DNA of 42,786 bases from an uncultured Faecalibacterium sp. (lineage in GTDB: Bacteria; Bacillota; Clostridia; Oscillospirales; Acutalibacteraceae). The position numbers and the translations under genes are program-made. The stretch's first letter is position 1, and each line of letters begins with the position of its first letter. This document shows, piece after piece, positions 14,101 through 26,100 of this stretch. The DNA lies in contig CAZBFI010000001.1 of NCBI GenBank assembly GCA_964491165.1, positions 1 to 42,786 on the forward strand, in the 5' to 3' direction. The notes under the pieces are model-generated. The model ran no database searches. It was not told where the DNA came from and saw nothing but the letters and a program-made list of their open reading frames with translations.

Positions 14101-17100
14101 AGCTCGTTAACGGCATTATTAATCTGTTTATCGGTCTGCTCGGCGGCTTCGATGAAAACACCTGGAACCTTGTTGTTGACATCCTCGGCTATGTAAGAGA
14201 TATCGTCGGTATCGACATTGATATCACACCTGCTCACTATGCTGAAAACGCAGTCCTTGCTGACTTCATCAACGCTGTTGAAAAGAGAGTCGATGAACAA
14301 GGCAATGAGCTTGAGCTTACATGGGCAGATGTCGCTAAGCATTACACCAAGTACGAATACAGATACAAGGTTGAAGATGCTAAGCCGGCAACTGAAACAG
14401 AAGCAGCAACAGATGCTAAGTATGTAACAGTATACTTTGCAAATGCTGATCTTGACGGACAGAAGCATATCCCCACAGAGGGCACTTATGCAGGTAAGGA
14501 ATTCACACTTGAAAAGGTTGAAACCGTTAAATATGAATACAAGTACACAGTTGTGGAAAATGACACATCTGTTGAAAAGACCTTCGTTTCCGATGAGAGC
14601 GATCTTACAGAATACAAGGTTGGCGATGCAACTTACGTAGTAACTTATGTCGGTGAGGTCAGAACTCACAACAATAAGGTTGAGTCTGACTTCGTATGGG
14701 GTCTTGCAGACATCGCAGAACTTAACGGTAAGGCTGATAAGCTTGTTGATATCCTTGCAGCTCTTCTCAGTCCTCTTGACGACTTGCTCGCACTTCTCCT
14801 TTCCGGTGGTGTATACGAGTCTGACGGCACAGAATATGGTGACTCACTCGGTGCATTCAAGGAAATCAACATCATGGGTGGTAGCGGTTACAACTACGCT
14901 GTTATCCCGTTCCTTGAGGCTCTCAGCGTTCCTGCTGCAAGCATCAAGTCACAGGCTGAATATGAAGCATCAATCGAAACAGACGGTGCTCTCGGTTATA
15001 TTCTCAAGACAGTTCTTCATACTGTAAACGATAACCTCGACACTCCGCTTGACTTCGTTCTCGGTCTCTTCGCAAATCTTGCATACACTGTTTCTAAGAA
15101 CGGACTTACAACAATCGTCTCCAACCTTATCGCTCCGTTGAGTGAGCTTATTAAGGCTGTTGAATGTGTAATCCCCGTAGCTATCAAGATTGACCTTATG
15201 GCTCTTATCGACGGTGGTTCAATTGCAGAGATTCTCCTTGGTGATGAGGTTGAACTCAAGAATGCAGAAGTCGGTCTCACTCTTGACCTCGACGGTGACA
15301 CTCTTGAAGCTCTCGTTGCTAAGCTGATTGCAAAATACCTTTCAGGCTTTGACATCATTGTTGACTTCGAGGATATTGCTTCCAAGACAGCAAAGCTTGA
15401 TGAGACAGGTAACATCATTTACAGTGATTCCAAGGTTGATCCTAAGTGGGATAACTGTGTCGGCACTCCCGGCAAGAATATCGAGGGTGATCCCTCAGCA
15501 ACTATCGTTACATTGTTGACAATGTTAATAACTCCTGAGAATGTTGAGGCTCTCCTCAAGATGCTCAATGTTGACCTTAGCACACTTCCTGCTGAGCTTG
15601 TCACAATCATCAACAATGCAATCGACAATCCCGATGCTCTCATCGGTGCAATCATTAAGCTTCTTGCTTCAAACTATGAGCTTGATTCAGCTCTTACAAT
15701 GATATTCTACTTCCTCGGTGAATCCGAGTATGATTACAGCTCGGTTGACGGCGGAAAGAACGCAGTTGAAAAGGCAATCGCTAAGTTTGACAAGATGGTT
15801 AATAACCTCATTCCGAAGATCCTCAAGCTCCTCGGTAATGATCTTGAAACACCCGTTGCAATCATCGCCGATATCTATAACGGACTCGGTGAAGATGCAG
15901 CAAACGCAAACATCAAGACAATTGTTGATTACCTGCTCAATGACCTCGTATTCAACGACAAGATGATGAATACTCTCCTTACTCTTGTTGTAGGTCTGCT
16001 CGGCGGTATGGATGCAAATACATTTGCAACAGTGGCTAACATTGTCAAGGAAGTCCTTCACATTGATATCACTCCCGCAGGTATTGCAGCTATCTCCAAG
16101 ACCGAAGGCGGCAAGATCGCAGCATTCATCGAAAGCCATGTTACCGACGAAACAACACTCGACGAGCTTACATGGAATGACATCACAGCAGCACATCAGT
16201 ATTACGAATACAGATATAAGACTAAGGACGCAGTCGGCACAGAAGGCTCTGAGGGTTATGTTGCAGCAGAGTATGCAACAGTACACTTTGCAGATGCAAA
16301 TCTTGACGGCACGGACTACACAGTTGACTCCAAGACCTATAAGCTTGAAGCAGTCGTCAACGACAAGGACGAAAGAGTCACAAAGACTGTTCTTGATGAA
16401 GCATGGAATGTTACCGATAAGGATTCCTTCCTCGGTATCCTCTATGAGATCACAGCAGTCATCGAGCCTCTGCTTGCATTCCTCTTCAAGGGTGAGGACA
16501 TCAACATCATTATTGATGATCTCCATCTTGTAGGAAACAACGGTTACGAAAACGCAATCGTTCCTCTTGCAAAGGCATTGAACATTGACATCAACGAAAA
16601 TGCAGGTTCATTTGAAAATGCAAATGATATGCTCAAGGAAGTTATCAACGGAATCTTCGGTCTTGTTGAAAAAGTCGAGGCAGCTCCGATTTCAACAATC
16701 CTCGAGCTTGTCGGTACAGTATCGTACTTCGTTGCAAACAACGGTGTAGAAATCGTTCTTAAGAATCTCATCACACCTGTTACAAGCCTTGTCAGCCTCT
16801 TCGGTGAGGTTGTCACAATGGACGATGTTAACGCACTTCTCAAGAAGTATATCAACATCAGCCTTGACGAGATAACAGGTATCGCAGGTGAAGACGGCAG
16901 CAAGCTTGTATCACTCATCAACGGACTTCTTCCCAAGGTTGAGGTTGTCGGTGAGGACGGTGCAGTAAGAGTTATCGAGCCGCTTCCCGCTAAGTTCTTT
17001 GAAATCATGAGCAGCTACGCTATCAGCTATGACAGCCTTACAGCAGCTCAGAAGAATGATGAGAATATCAGAAAGCTCGCAGTAAACAACTGGTCAGTCA

Positions 17101-20100
17101 AGAAGGCAGATGTACTTATGTATCTTCTTGCAACAGTATTTACAGATGACTTCCTGACTCTCATTGCAAAGCTTGCCAACCTTGAAGCAGGCACAATGAT
17201 CGGTGATGTTGTCCTCGGTCTTGCAGGCGATGAAGATGTTGTTATCAACCTCATCTCAATGCTTCTCAACGAGTACAAATTGGTATACAACAAGTATGCT
17301 CAGATTGACATCACAAAGATCAATGTCGATCCCAAGGCTCCGCTTACAGATGAAAATCTCAAGCAGGCAATTCAGGCAATCGACGGCCTTGTTCCGGCTC
17401 TTATCGGTCTGTTCGTTAAGGATGCAGATTCACTTGCCGGCTTGGTTGAAAACCTTGTTGCAGGCGCAGACCTCGGCAATCTCCTTATGAACATGCTCGT
17501 TCCCGTTCTTTCGGGTCTTGACCTTGAAGAAATTCTCGGCTATGTCAAGGAATTCTCCAACCTTGATATCAAGCTTGATGCATCTGCATGGGCTTCGGCT
17601 GATTCTTCAATCGCAGCATTCATCAAGGCAGCAGATGACCTTGACGGTAACGGCGAAATCTCATGGGCAGAAGTTGAGGCATTCTATACTCAGTATGAAT
17701 ACACTTACACAGTTCCCGCTGTCGGTGTTGAAGGTGAAGAAGGCTATGTTGCAGCTGAGACTGTAACAGTATTCAAGCCCGCAGGCACAACAACTATCAC
17801 CGTAGGTGAAGGCGAGAGCGCTAAGACTTATGACCTTGTTGCTGTCAATAAGTACGAATACACTTATGAAGCTGTTAAGGCAGACGGCACAACAGAGACT
17901 AAGACAATCGTTCTTGACAAGGCAGGTCTCACTGAAACCACTATCGGTGACGAAACCGTTCAGCTCACTTACTCAAAGGCAATCCAGAACAGCAAGATGG
18001 TCAGCGAATACAACTGGAACATTAAGACCTTCGATGATCTTAAGGACTTCGTTGTTGAGCTTCTCAAGCCCTTGGATGTCGTATTTGAGATTCTCCTTTC
18101 GGGTGGCGAAATCGTCGCAATTCCCGATAACAAGCCCGATGTAGAACCCTATCCCGCACAGATCACAATCCGTGGCGGTGAAGGCTACAACTTCGCTATC
18201 ATTCCTCTGTTTGAGGCTCTCGGTGCAACCGGACTCAAGACTCAGGCAGAATATGAGGCACAGGCAGCAGCCGACGGTTCACATCTCAAGTATGTTCTCG
18301 ATGTACTCTTCGCAGAAGTTGAAACGATTCTTGACGCTCCCATAACAGAGCTTCTTTCAAGACTCGCAAACATCTTCTACTTCATTGGAAACAACAGCAT
18401 TAACACTCTTGCAGACAACCTGCTTGCTCCGGTTAACACTCTCCTTGATAAGATTTACGAGGTATTCCCGATTTCTATCGCTATTGATGTTAACAAGCTC
18501 GGCGTTGCAGGCGCAAGCGTACTTGACACTGAATTCGGTACAGCTAAGAAGGGACTTCCCTCAGGCATTACCGTAAATGTTGAAGCAACCGGTCTCGCAA
18601 CTCTTCTTAACGACCTTCTTGCAGGCATTGAAATCAACGGTGCTAAGCTCGGTCTCTCACTTGAGCTTAACTGGATCGAAATCGCCGCTAAGATGGCTAA
18701 GACTGCTAACGCAGACCAGCAGAGCGTAACAGGTGCAGCAATTGAGAAGTTCGCTTCCTCAATGGATTACGATGCATACGAAGGCGTTATCGGCACAACC
18801 GAATACGCTGACGGCAAGTATTACAACATTAAGGGCGATGTTGTTGATACCTTCGTAACACTTCTTCAGGTTATCCTCACATCAGACAACACAGAGGCTA
18901 TTAAGAACCTCGTAACAGGTCTGCTTAAGGACGCTCCGACAGAGGTTAAGGATATTCTCAACGATATCCTTTCAGATCCCGATGCAATCGAGAAGCTTAT
19001 CGGTGTAGTAGTTCTTCTTCTCACCGGCGAAAGTGATCTCAGCGGTTATCCGTTCGAGTTCGTTTATAAGTTCCTCGGCAAGCTCGACTTCAATTACAGA
19101 TCAAATGAAATTGAATCGGCAATCGGTAAGTTTGACAAGATGATCGCAAGAGAGGCAGTTTCCGTAATTAAGCTTCTCGGCACTCCCGCAGCAGATGTTG
19201 CTGAAGCTGACTACTCCTTCTTCAACAAGATGGCAGTGGCTCTCGACGATGGCGATTCACTTGCAGACATCGTTGCATGGCTCCTTGGCGAGTTCGCATT
19301 CACAGGTGCAAACTTCGACGGACTCATGGCAATCATCAATAATCTCCTTGCAGATGCTATCACAGCAGAGCTTGCAGACATTATTTCAACAATTCTTCCC
19401 ATCAACCTCATGCCGTATGCATACGCAAATGCATCTGGTAATGCACAGCTTATCGCTTATGTCGCTAAGGCAATTCCTGCCGGTGCAGACGAAGACGCTA
19501 AGAATGCAGTAACATGGGCTGATGTAAGAAATGCAAACGCTACAAGCACAACAGTTGACGGCAAGACAACATGGACTTATAACGAGTCATGGAATGTTGA
19601 AGGTAAGGACGCATTCGTCAATACTCTCCTCGACCTTCTCAAGCCGCTTAACCCGATCCTTGACTTCCTGCTTACAGGCAAGAACCTCAGCTTCACAATC
19701 GACGGTGTCGAAATCTGGGGTGCAGACGGATATGCAAACGCTATCGTAACTCTCCTTAACGCTCTTGGCGCTAAGCAGTTCGGTATCGATGTTCCCGCAA
19801 CCGCAGAAACCTCAACAGAAGCTATCGGCTACATCATCGATGTACTTCTCGGTAAGGATGTAACTGAGCTCAAGGGTGAACCCGCAATCGAAACAACTGT
19901 TCATGTCAATGGCTTGGTAGATGTAATTTGCGAAGCACCGCTTACCTCAATTCTCACAATTGTCGGTAACCTCAGCTTTGTAATTGCAAACAACAACCTT
20001 GCTCCGTTGCTCAAGAATCTTCTTGCTCCGGTACTCGGTATCGTTGAGCTTGCAGAATCTCTCATCTCAATGGAACAGCTCGATGCACTCATCGCAGGTC

Positions 20101-23100
20101 TTGTAAACATCACTCTTCCCAACGGTAAGCCTCTCAACATTACCAACATCATCAACATTGCCGGTGAAGGCGGTGCAGATCTTGTTGCTCTTATCAACGG
20201 ACTTATCGGCGGCATTAAGGCTTATGAGAAGATTGACGGCAAGCTTGTTGAGTATACTCAGCAGCAGGTTGAAGCTGATACTTCAGGCGCAACCTATGCA
20301 GAAGTTACGGTTAAGGACGAAAACGGTCTTGAAAGAACTATCTACTGTAAGGTTCTTCAGGTTATCAACATTCTTCCCGACGACTTCTTCGTTGACCTTG
20401 CTAAGTATGTCGTTGAAGACAGTAAGCTTAACGGCGTTGCCGTAACAACAGTCGGAAACGATGTAGACGAATGGACAATCAATGTTTCAGACGCTTTGAT
20501 GTATGTTCTTTCAATGGTTCTCGATTATGACTTCTTCGAGACAATTCTCAAGAAGGTCGGACTCGATCTGAGTCAGGGCATCGGTGAGACAATTCTCACA
20601 ATGGCTGACAAGGAAAATGAGCTTATTGACATCATTGTAATGCTCCTGAATGATTACAAGGTTGTATATTCAAAGATTGAACAGCCTGTTCTCACAGATG
20701 CAACAACTCCGTACAGCTCATTCGGTAAGGATGAAAGCGGTAAGGATCTGCTCAACAATGGAAACACATCAAAGGCTATCGCAGCTCTTGATCCCATTCT
20801 CAACACGGTAATTGCAATGCTTGCCGACGGCAAGACACTCGGCGGTCTTGTTAACGGACTTGTTGCAGATGCCGATCTTGCAAACCTTATCATGAACGCT
20901 CTTGTTCCCGTACTTTCAGGACTTGACCTCGATGCAATCCTCAAGTATGTCAACGAGCTGACAAATATCAACCTTACAACTCTCGATCCTGCACTTTGGA
21001 CAGAGAATGACAAGGTTAACTTCGGTTCACAGCTTAAGAACTTCATCAATGCAGCAGCAGACCTTGACGGTGACGGCAAGCTCTCCTGGGCAGAGGTTGA
21101 AGCATACTATACTCAGTATGAATACACATACACCGTTCCCGCAGTCGGTACAGAAGGCGCAGAAGGTTATGTTGCAGCTAAGACCGAAACAGTCTTCAAG
21201 CCCGCAAACACAGCAGAAATCACTGTTGGCGAGGGCGAAGGTGCAAAGACTTATGCACTCACTCCGGTTTATACCTATGAGTACACCTACCTTGATGCAC
21301 AGGGCAATACTCAGACCTATTACTCAGCAGAGAAGAACCTGACTGTTGCTGATGTTGACAACAACGCTGAAACACCCGATGTTGCAGTAGCTTATGTTGA
21401 CAAGGCTCAGAACAGCAAGATGCTCAGCGAGTTTGACTGGAAGATTGACGATCTTAACGATCTCATTCCTCTTGTCTGCGATCTGCTCCAGCCCTTCGAC
21501 ATCATCTTCCAGATTCTCCTGTCAGGTAAGCCCATCATCGCTCTTGAAGACGAAACAGGCAACCGTGCAGATGTCAGAATCATGGGTGGCGTCGGCTACA
21601 ACTATGCAATCATCCCGCTTCTTGAGGCATTCGGAGTTTCCGAGCTTAAGACACAGGCTGAATATGATGCACAGGTAGCTGCTGACGGCTCATCACTCAA
21701 GTATATCCTTGAGGTTCTCATCGGTGAAGTTAACGATATTCTCGAAACTCCGCTCAATGAGCTTCTCTCAAGACTTGCTAACCTCTTCTACTTCATCGGC
21801 AGTGACGGTATCAACACCATCGCCGATAACCTGCTCGCTCCTCTCAACACTCTCATTGCCGAGGTTGACGATCTCTTCCCGTTGGCAATCAGAATTGATG
21901 TTGCAGCAGACAGCATTCTCCAGACTTACCTCGGTAAGGCACACGACGGCGTTCCGGCAGGCATCACAGTCAATGTTTCCGGTGCTGACCTTGCAAAGCT
22001 TATTAACAGCTTGATTGATGAAATCGTAATCGGTTCAACAACAATCAATCTCAGCCTTGACCTTAACTGGACAGCACTCGCTGCTAAGATGGCTAAGAAG
22101 GATACAGACGGAAAGATTCTCACAACAGGTACAAAGCAGGTATACAATATCGGCACTGTTAAGAATCCGGAGGCAGCTGACCTTGTAAATCTTACAGGCG
22201 ATGCAGCTAACGCAATCGTAACGCTCCTTGACACAGTTCTCACTAAGGACAACTGCGAGAACATTTATAAGCTTGTTGACAGTCTCCTTCCCGCAGACTT
22301 CGATGCAACAATCAGAGGTCTCATCATGGATATCGTCGGCAGTGAACAGTCCATTAAGGGCGTTCTTGCAGCAGTCGTTCTCCTGTTGACCGGTGCTTAC
22401 GATGTCGAAACTCTCGACTATGTATTCAAGTATCTCGGCGTTCTCAGCTTTGCAAAGGCTGACGATGCTAAGACAGCAATCGCAAGTCTCGATAAGGCAC
22501 TCGTTAAGGCAGTTCCCGTGATTATTGAGCTTCTCGGTAAGGGACAGACAGACCCGAACAATATCCTTTACAAGCTTTACAACGGCACAAAGGATCTTGA
22601 GGGCGGTTCAAGCCTTACAAACATTGTTAACTATCTGCTTAATGACCTGCTCTTCACAACTGATATGATGAGCACAATCACAGGCGCACTTCTCGGTATC
22701 CTCAAGGGTCTCAGCGCTGACCTTGTCGGCACACTCAAGGATATCCTCGGAATCGATCTTGCTCCCGTTGCATTCGCAGCAGCATCCGGTAATGCTGAGC
22801 TTATCAGCTATGTCGGCAATGCTGAAACATGGGCAGAGGTTGCAGCCGCACACGGCACAGAAGTTCCTGTATACGAAGCAGACGGTGTAACTCAGGCTAA
22901 GAATGAGGACGGCTCACCGAAGACTAAGACAGTCTACGATCCCGTATTCGCAAATGCTGACGGTAAGAACGCATTTGTCGGCGCTCTTCTTGACCTGCTC
23001 AAGCCTCTCGAAAGCATTCTCGCATTCCTTCTTACAGGCGAGGATCTCACAATCACAATTGAGAATAACGGTGAAAAAGCAACTCTTACTCTCAAGGGTG

Positions 23101-26100
23101 GTAACGCATACGAAACAGCTATCGTTCCGCTTCTCTTACAGGGTCTCGGACTCGAAGAGATAAAGACCGGCACTAACAAGTCCGTTGTTAACGGTGCAAC
23201 TGCTGTTGACAACGCAAACGATGCAATCAAGGCAACTCTCGATTACATTCTCGTTGACCTTCTCGGTGCAATCGAAAAGGCTCCGATTTCAACAATCCTC
23301 ACAGTTGTTGCAAACCTCGGCTACTTCATTGCAAACGACGATGTCGCAGTTGTTATCCAGAACCTTATTGCTCCGGTACTCGGTATCGTTGATGCACTCG
23401 GCGGTGTAATCTCAAGAGCTCAGCTTGACGCTCTCATCGAAGGTCTTGTTAAGGTAGAGCTTCCCAACGGTAAGAAGCTTAACCTTACAAACATCATCAA
23501 CATCGCAGGCGATAACGGTGCAATACTTGTCGATCTCATCAACGGCTTGCTTCCCTCAATCGAAATGAAGGATCCTGCAACCGGCGAGGTAATCGGTGTT
23601 GTTAATGCACTTCCCAACACATTCTTTGTTGATCTTGCAAAGGCAGCCGTTAAGGTTGTTAAGCCGACAGGTAGCCTTGCAGTCGGAACAGCTGTAACAG
23701 AGTGGACAACAGATAACGGCGGCGCTATCATGTATGTTCTTTCAACAGTTCTCACAACTGACTTCCTCAACATTCTCTGTGATATGCTCGGACTTGAGCC
23801 GACAGACGCAGAGGGTAATGAGAACATGGTTTACAACATCATCATGTCACTTGCTGACAGTGAAGATGCAGTAATCGACCTTCTCCTCATGCTTCTTAAC
23901 AGATACCTCGTTGAGTATAAGGGCTACAACCTGCCTGTACTCGATAAGATCGATGTTAAGTATTCATCAGAAGCCGACCACAAGCAGTTCAATCAGGTTA
24001 TCTCCAACCTCGACGGACTCATCCCCGTTCTCCTTGATCTTCTTATCAAGCCGGACGAAAACGGAAATAAGGCTTCAAATCTCGCAGATATCGTTTATCC
24101 GTTGTTCGTCAAGGACGATATCGCAAACATGCTCGTAAGTGCAATCGTTAAGCTTCTCGCAGGTCTTCCCGCTGATACACTTACCATGATTGAGGGTTAT
24201 GTAAACGATCTTACAAGCCTCAAGAACGGTAGCGACGCATCAGGCAACGAAACCTTCAGCATTGCACCCGCAGCATTCAAGAACGGCAAGTTCGGTTCTA
24301 AGCTCGCTGCTTATATCGGCAACGCTCAGACATGGAATGATGTCTGGATGGCTCACAGTGCAGAACAGGTTAACGCTGAGACAGGCGAAACAGAAAGAGT
24401 TGCAACAGCTTACGCTTGGGGCATCTCAAAGACTGATGATCTCATCAATCTTGTTTCCGACTTCTTAATGCCTCTTGACTGTGTACTCAGCCTTCTCCTT
24501 CAGGGCGGTATGGTAAGAGCTGACTTTGACGCAAATGACCCGAACAACACCTTCGTCGGTAAGACACTCTCCGTATTCGAAGAAATCGCAATCAGCGGCG
24601 GTAGCGGTTACAACTACGCAATCGTTCCCTTGCTTGAATTGCTCGGCATCACACCTAAGACTCAGGAAGAGTACGATGCTTATGTCGCAGCACATAACGG
24701 CAGCACCTTGCATTATGTACTTGTTGCAATCTTCGATAAGGTTGACGAAATTCTCGCAGCTCCGATTGAAAATGTGCTTGATATGCTTGCTAACATCTGT
24801 TACGCACTCGGCACAGGCAGCATTGCAACAATCGTTGAGAATCTCATCGCACCTATAAATCATGTGATTGAGGCAGTTGATCCCATCTTCCCGATCGCAA
24901 TCCCGATTGATATCGGTGCACTCATCAACGGCGGACAGCTTGAAACTTACCTTGGCAAGTCACATGAAGGCATTGATGCCGGCATTACCTTCAAGCTTGA
25001 GGGTAACGACATTGCAACGCTTCTTGAAAACATCATCGCAGGCATTGCAATCGGTGGCACAGCACTCAATCTCTCAGTTGATTTTGATTGGATCACTCTT
25101 GCACGCGCCGCAGCAGCAGATGCAAACGGTGACGGTAAGGTTGACTTCAACAGATCGGTAATGAATGGTAAGTGGGATATCTACAACGGCGACGCTTATA
25201 AGAACCTTGTTGCAGATCCCGGTGACACATTCGTAACCTTAATCAAGACAATTCTCACTAAGGAGAATTGGGAAGCTATCAAGAAGGCACTCAACATCAA
25301 CTTGGGCGACTTCGACAGCATCATTGAAGATATCATCAATGATCCCACATCAATCATCGGTCTTATCGGTCAGCTTCTCAACGGCGGTTCAGTAAATTAC
25401 ATCCCCGTTCAGAACAGAAAGGTTGAAGTTAAGAGCTATAACTACACAACCTACCTGTACATGACAGAGCAGAATGCCGATATCATCGCAGCAAATATTG
25501 ATAAGCTCATCAATGATATCCTTTCAAAGACAGACTTCGGCTCACTCAAGGGTCTTGTCGGCGGCTTACTTACCAATGACCTCGCATCTAACCTTGTCGG
25601 TATGATCACCGGCTTGCTCGGCGGCGACAGCATCAGCGGTATCCTCAGCACAGTCGCAGGTCTCACTTGCGGTGAAGACGCAATCCTCGTTGTATACGAC
25701 GCAGCAGGCAATGTTCAGCCTCTCAATCTTGACCTTACAGTTCAGGGTTACGCTGCAAAATATGCAACATACAAGAACGCAAATGTTGAATTTGCTAAGA
25801 GACTTAAAGCAGCAAACACATGGGCAGATGTTGATGTATCAGGCATCAACTGGGGTGTAAACGGCACAGTCACAAGCTTTGCTAACGCACTCGCTTCAAT
25901 CCTCAATCCTCTTAACAATGTTCTCGAGCTTCTTCTTATCGGTGAAGGCAAGACACTCGGTGTACTTCCCGGCAAGGACGAAAACGGCAACTATGTCAAG
26001 GATGAAAACGGAATGCCCACTTGCGTTGCAAACATCAAGGGTGGCAACGGTTACGATTACGCAATCATTCCTCTCCTCGAAGCATTCGGTCTCAAGGCAA

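Noticed and set aside
2823-16526. Long antisense ORFs within the giant gene (2823-3356, 13803-14669 at 288 aa, 15687-16526 at 279 aa, and others).
   Set aside because: The translations are Cys/Ile/Val/Asn-rich nonsense with no RBS or promoter. They are typical shadow ORFs opposite a gene dominated by GAN/NTC-type codons.
25119-25154. DANGDGKVDFNR as a dockerin, implying cellulosome attachment.
   Set aside because: Only one loop is present. A dockerin needs two duplicated roughly 22-residue segments with flanking helices. Position 12 is Arg, and no cohesin or scaffoldin context is visible.
380-25630. The recurrent LLGG motif (for example MLIGLLGG-ESS near 5898, LLVGLLGG-ESL near 10002, LFIGLLGG-FDE near 14142, LVVGLLGG-MDA near 16002, MITGLLGG-DSI near 25615) as double-glycine cleavage sites for the neighbouring C39-like peptidase, which would make this a polyprotein.
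   Set aside because: The GG pair is missing from the equivalent block in about half the units (LVPVLSGLDLEE, NNLLADAITAE, LGILKGLSADL, VKLLAGLPADT). The upstream residues do not fit the LS..EL..I.GG leader consensus. The peptidase is the secreted SH3b/YvpB type rather than an ABC-transporter C39 domain.
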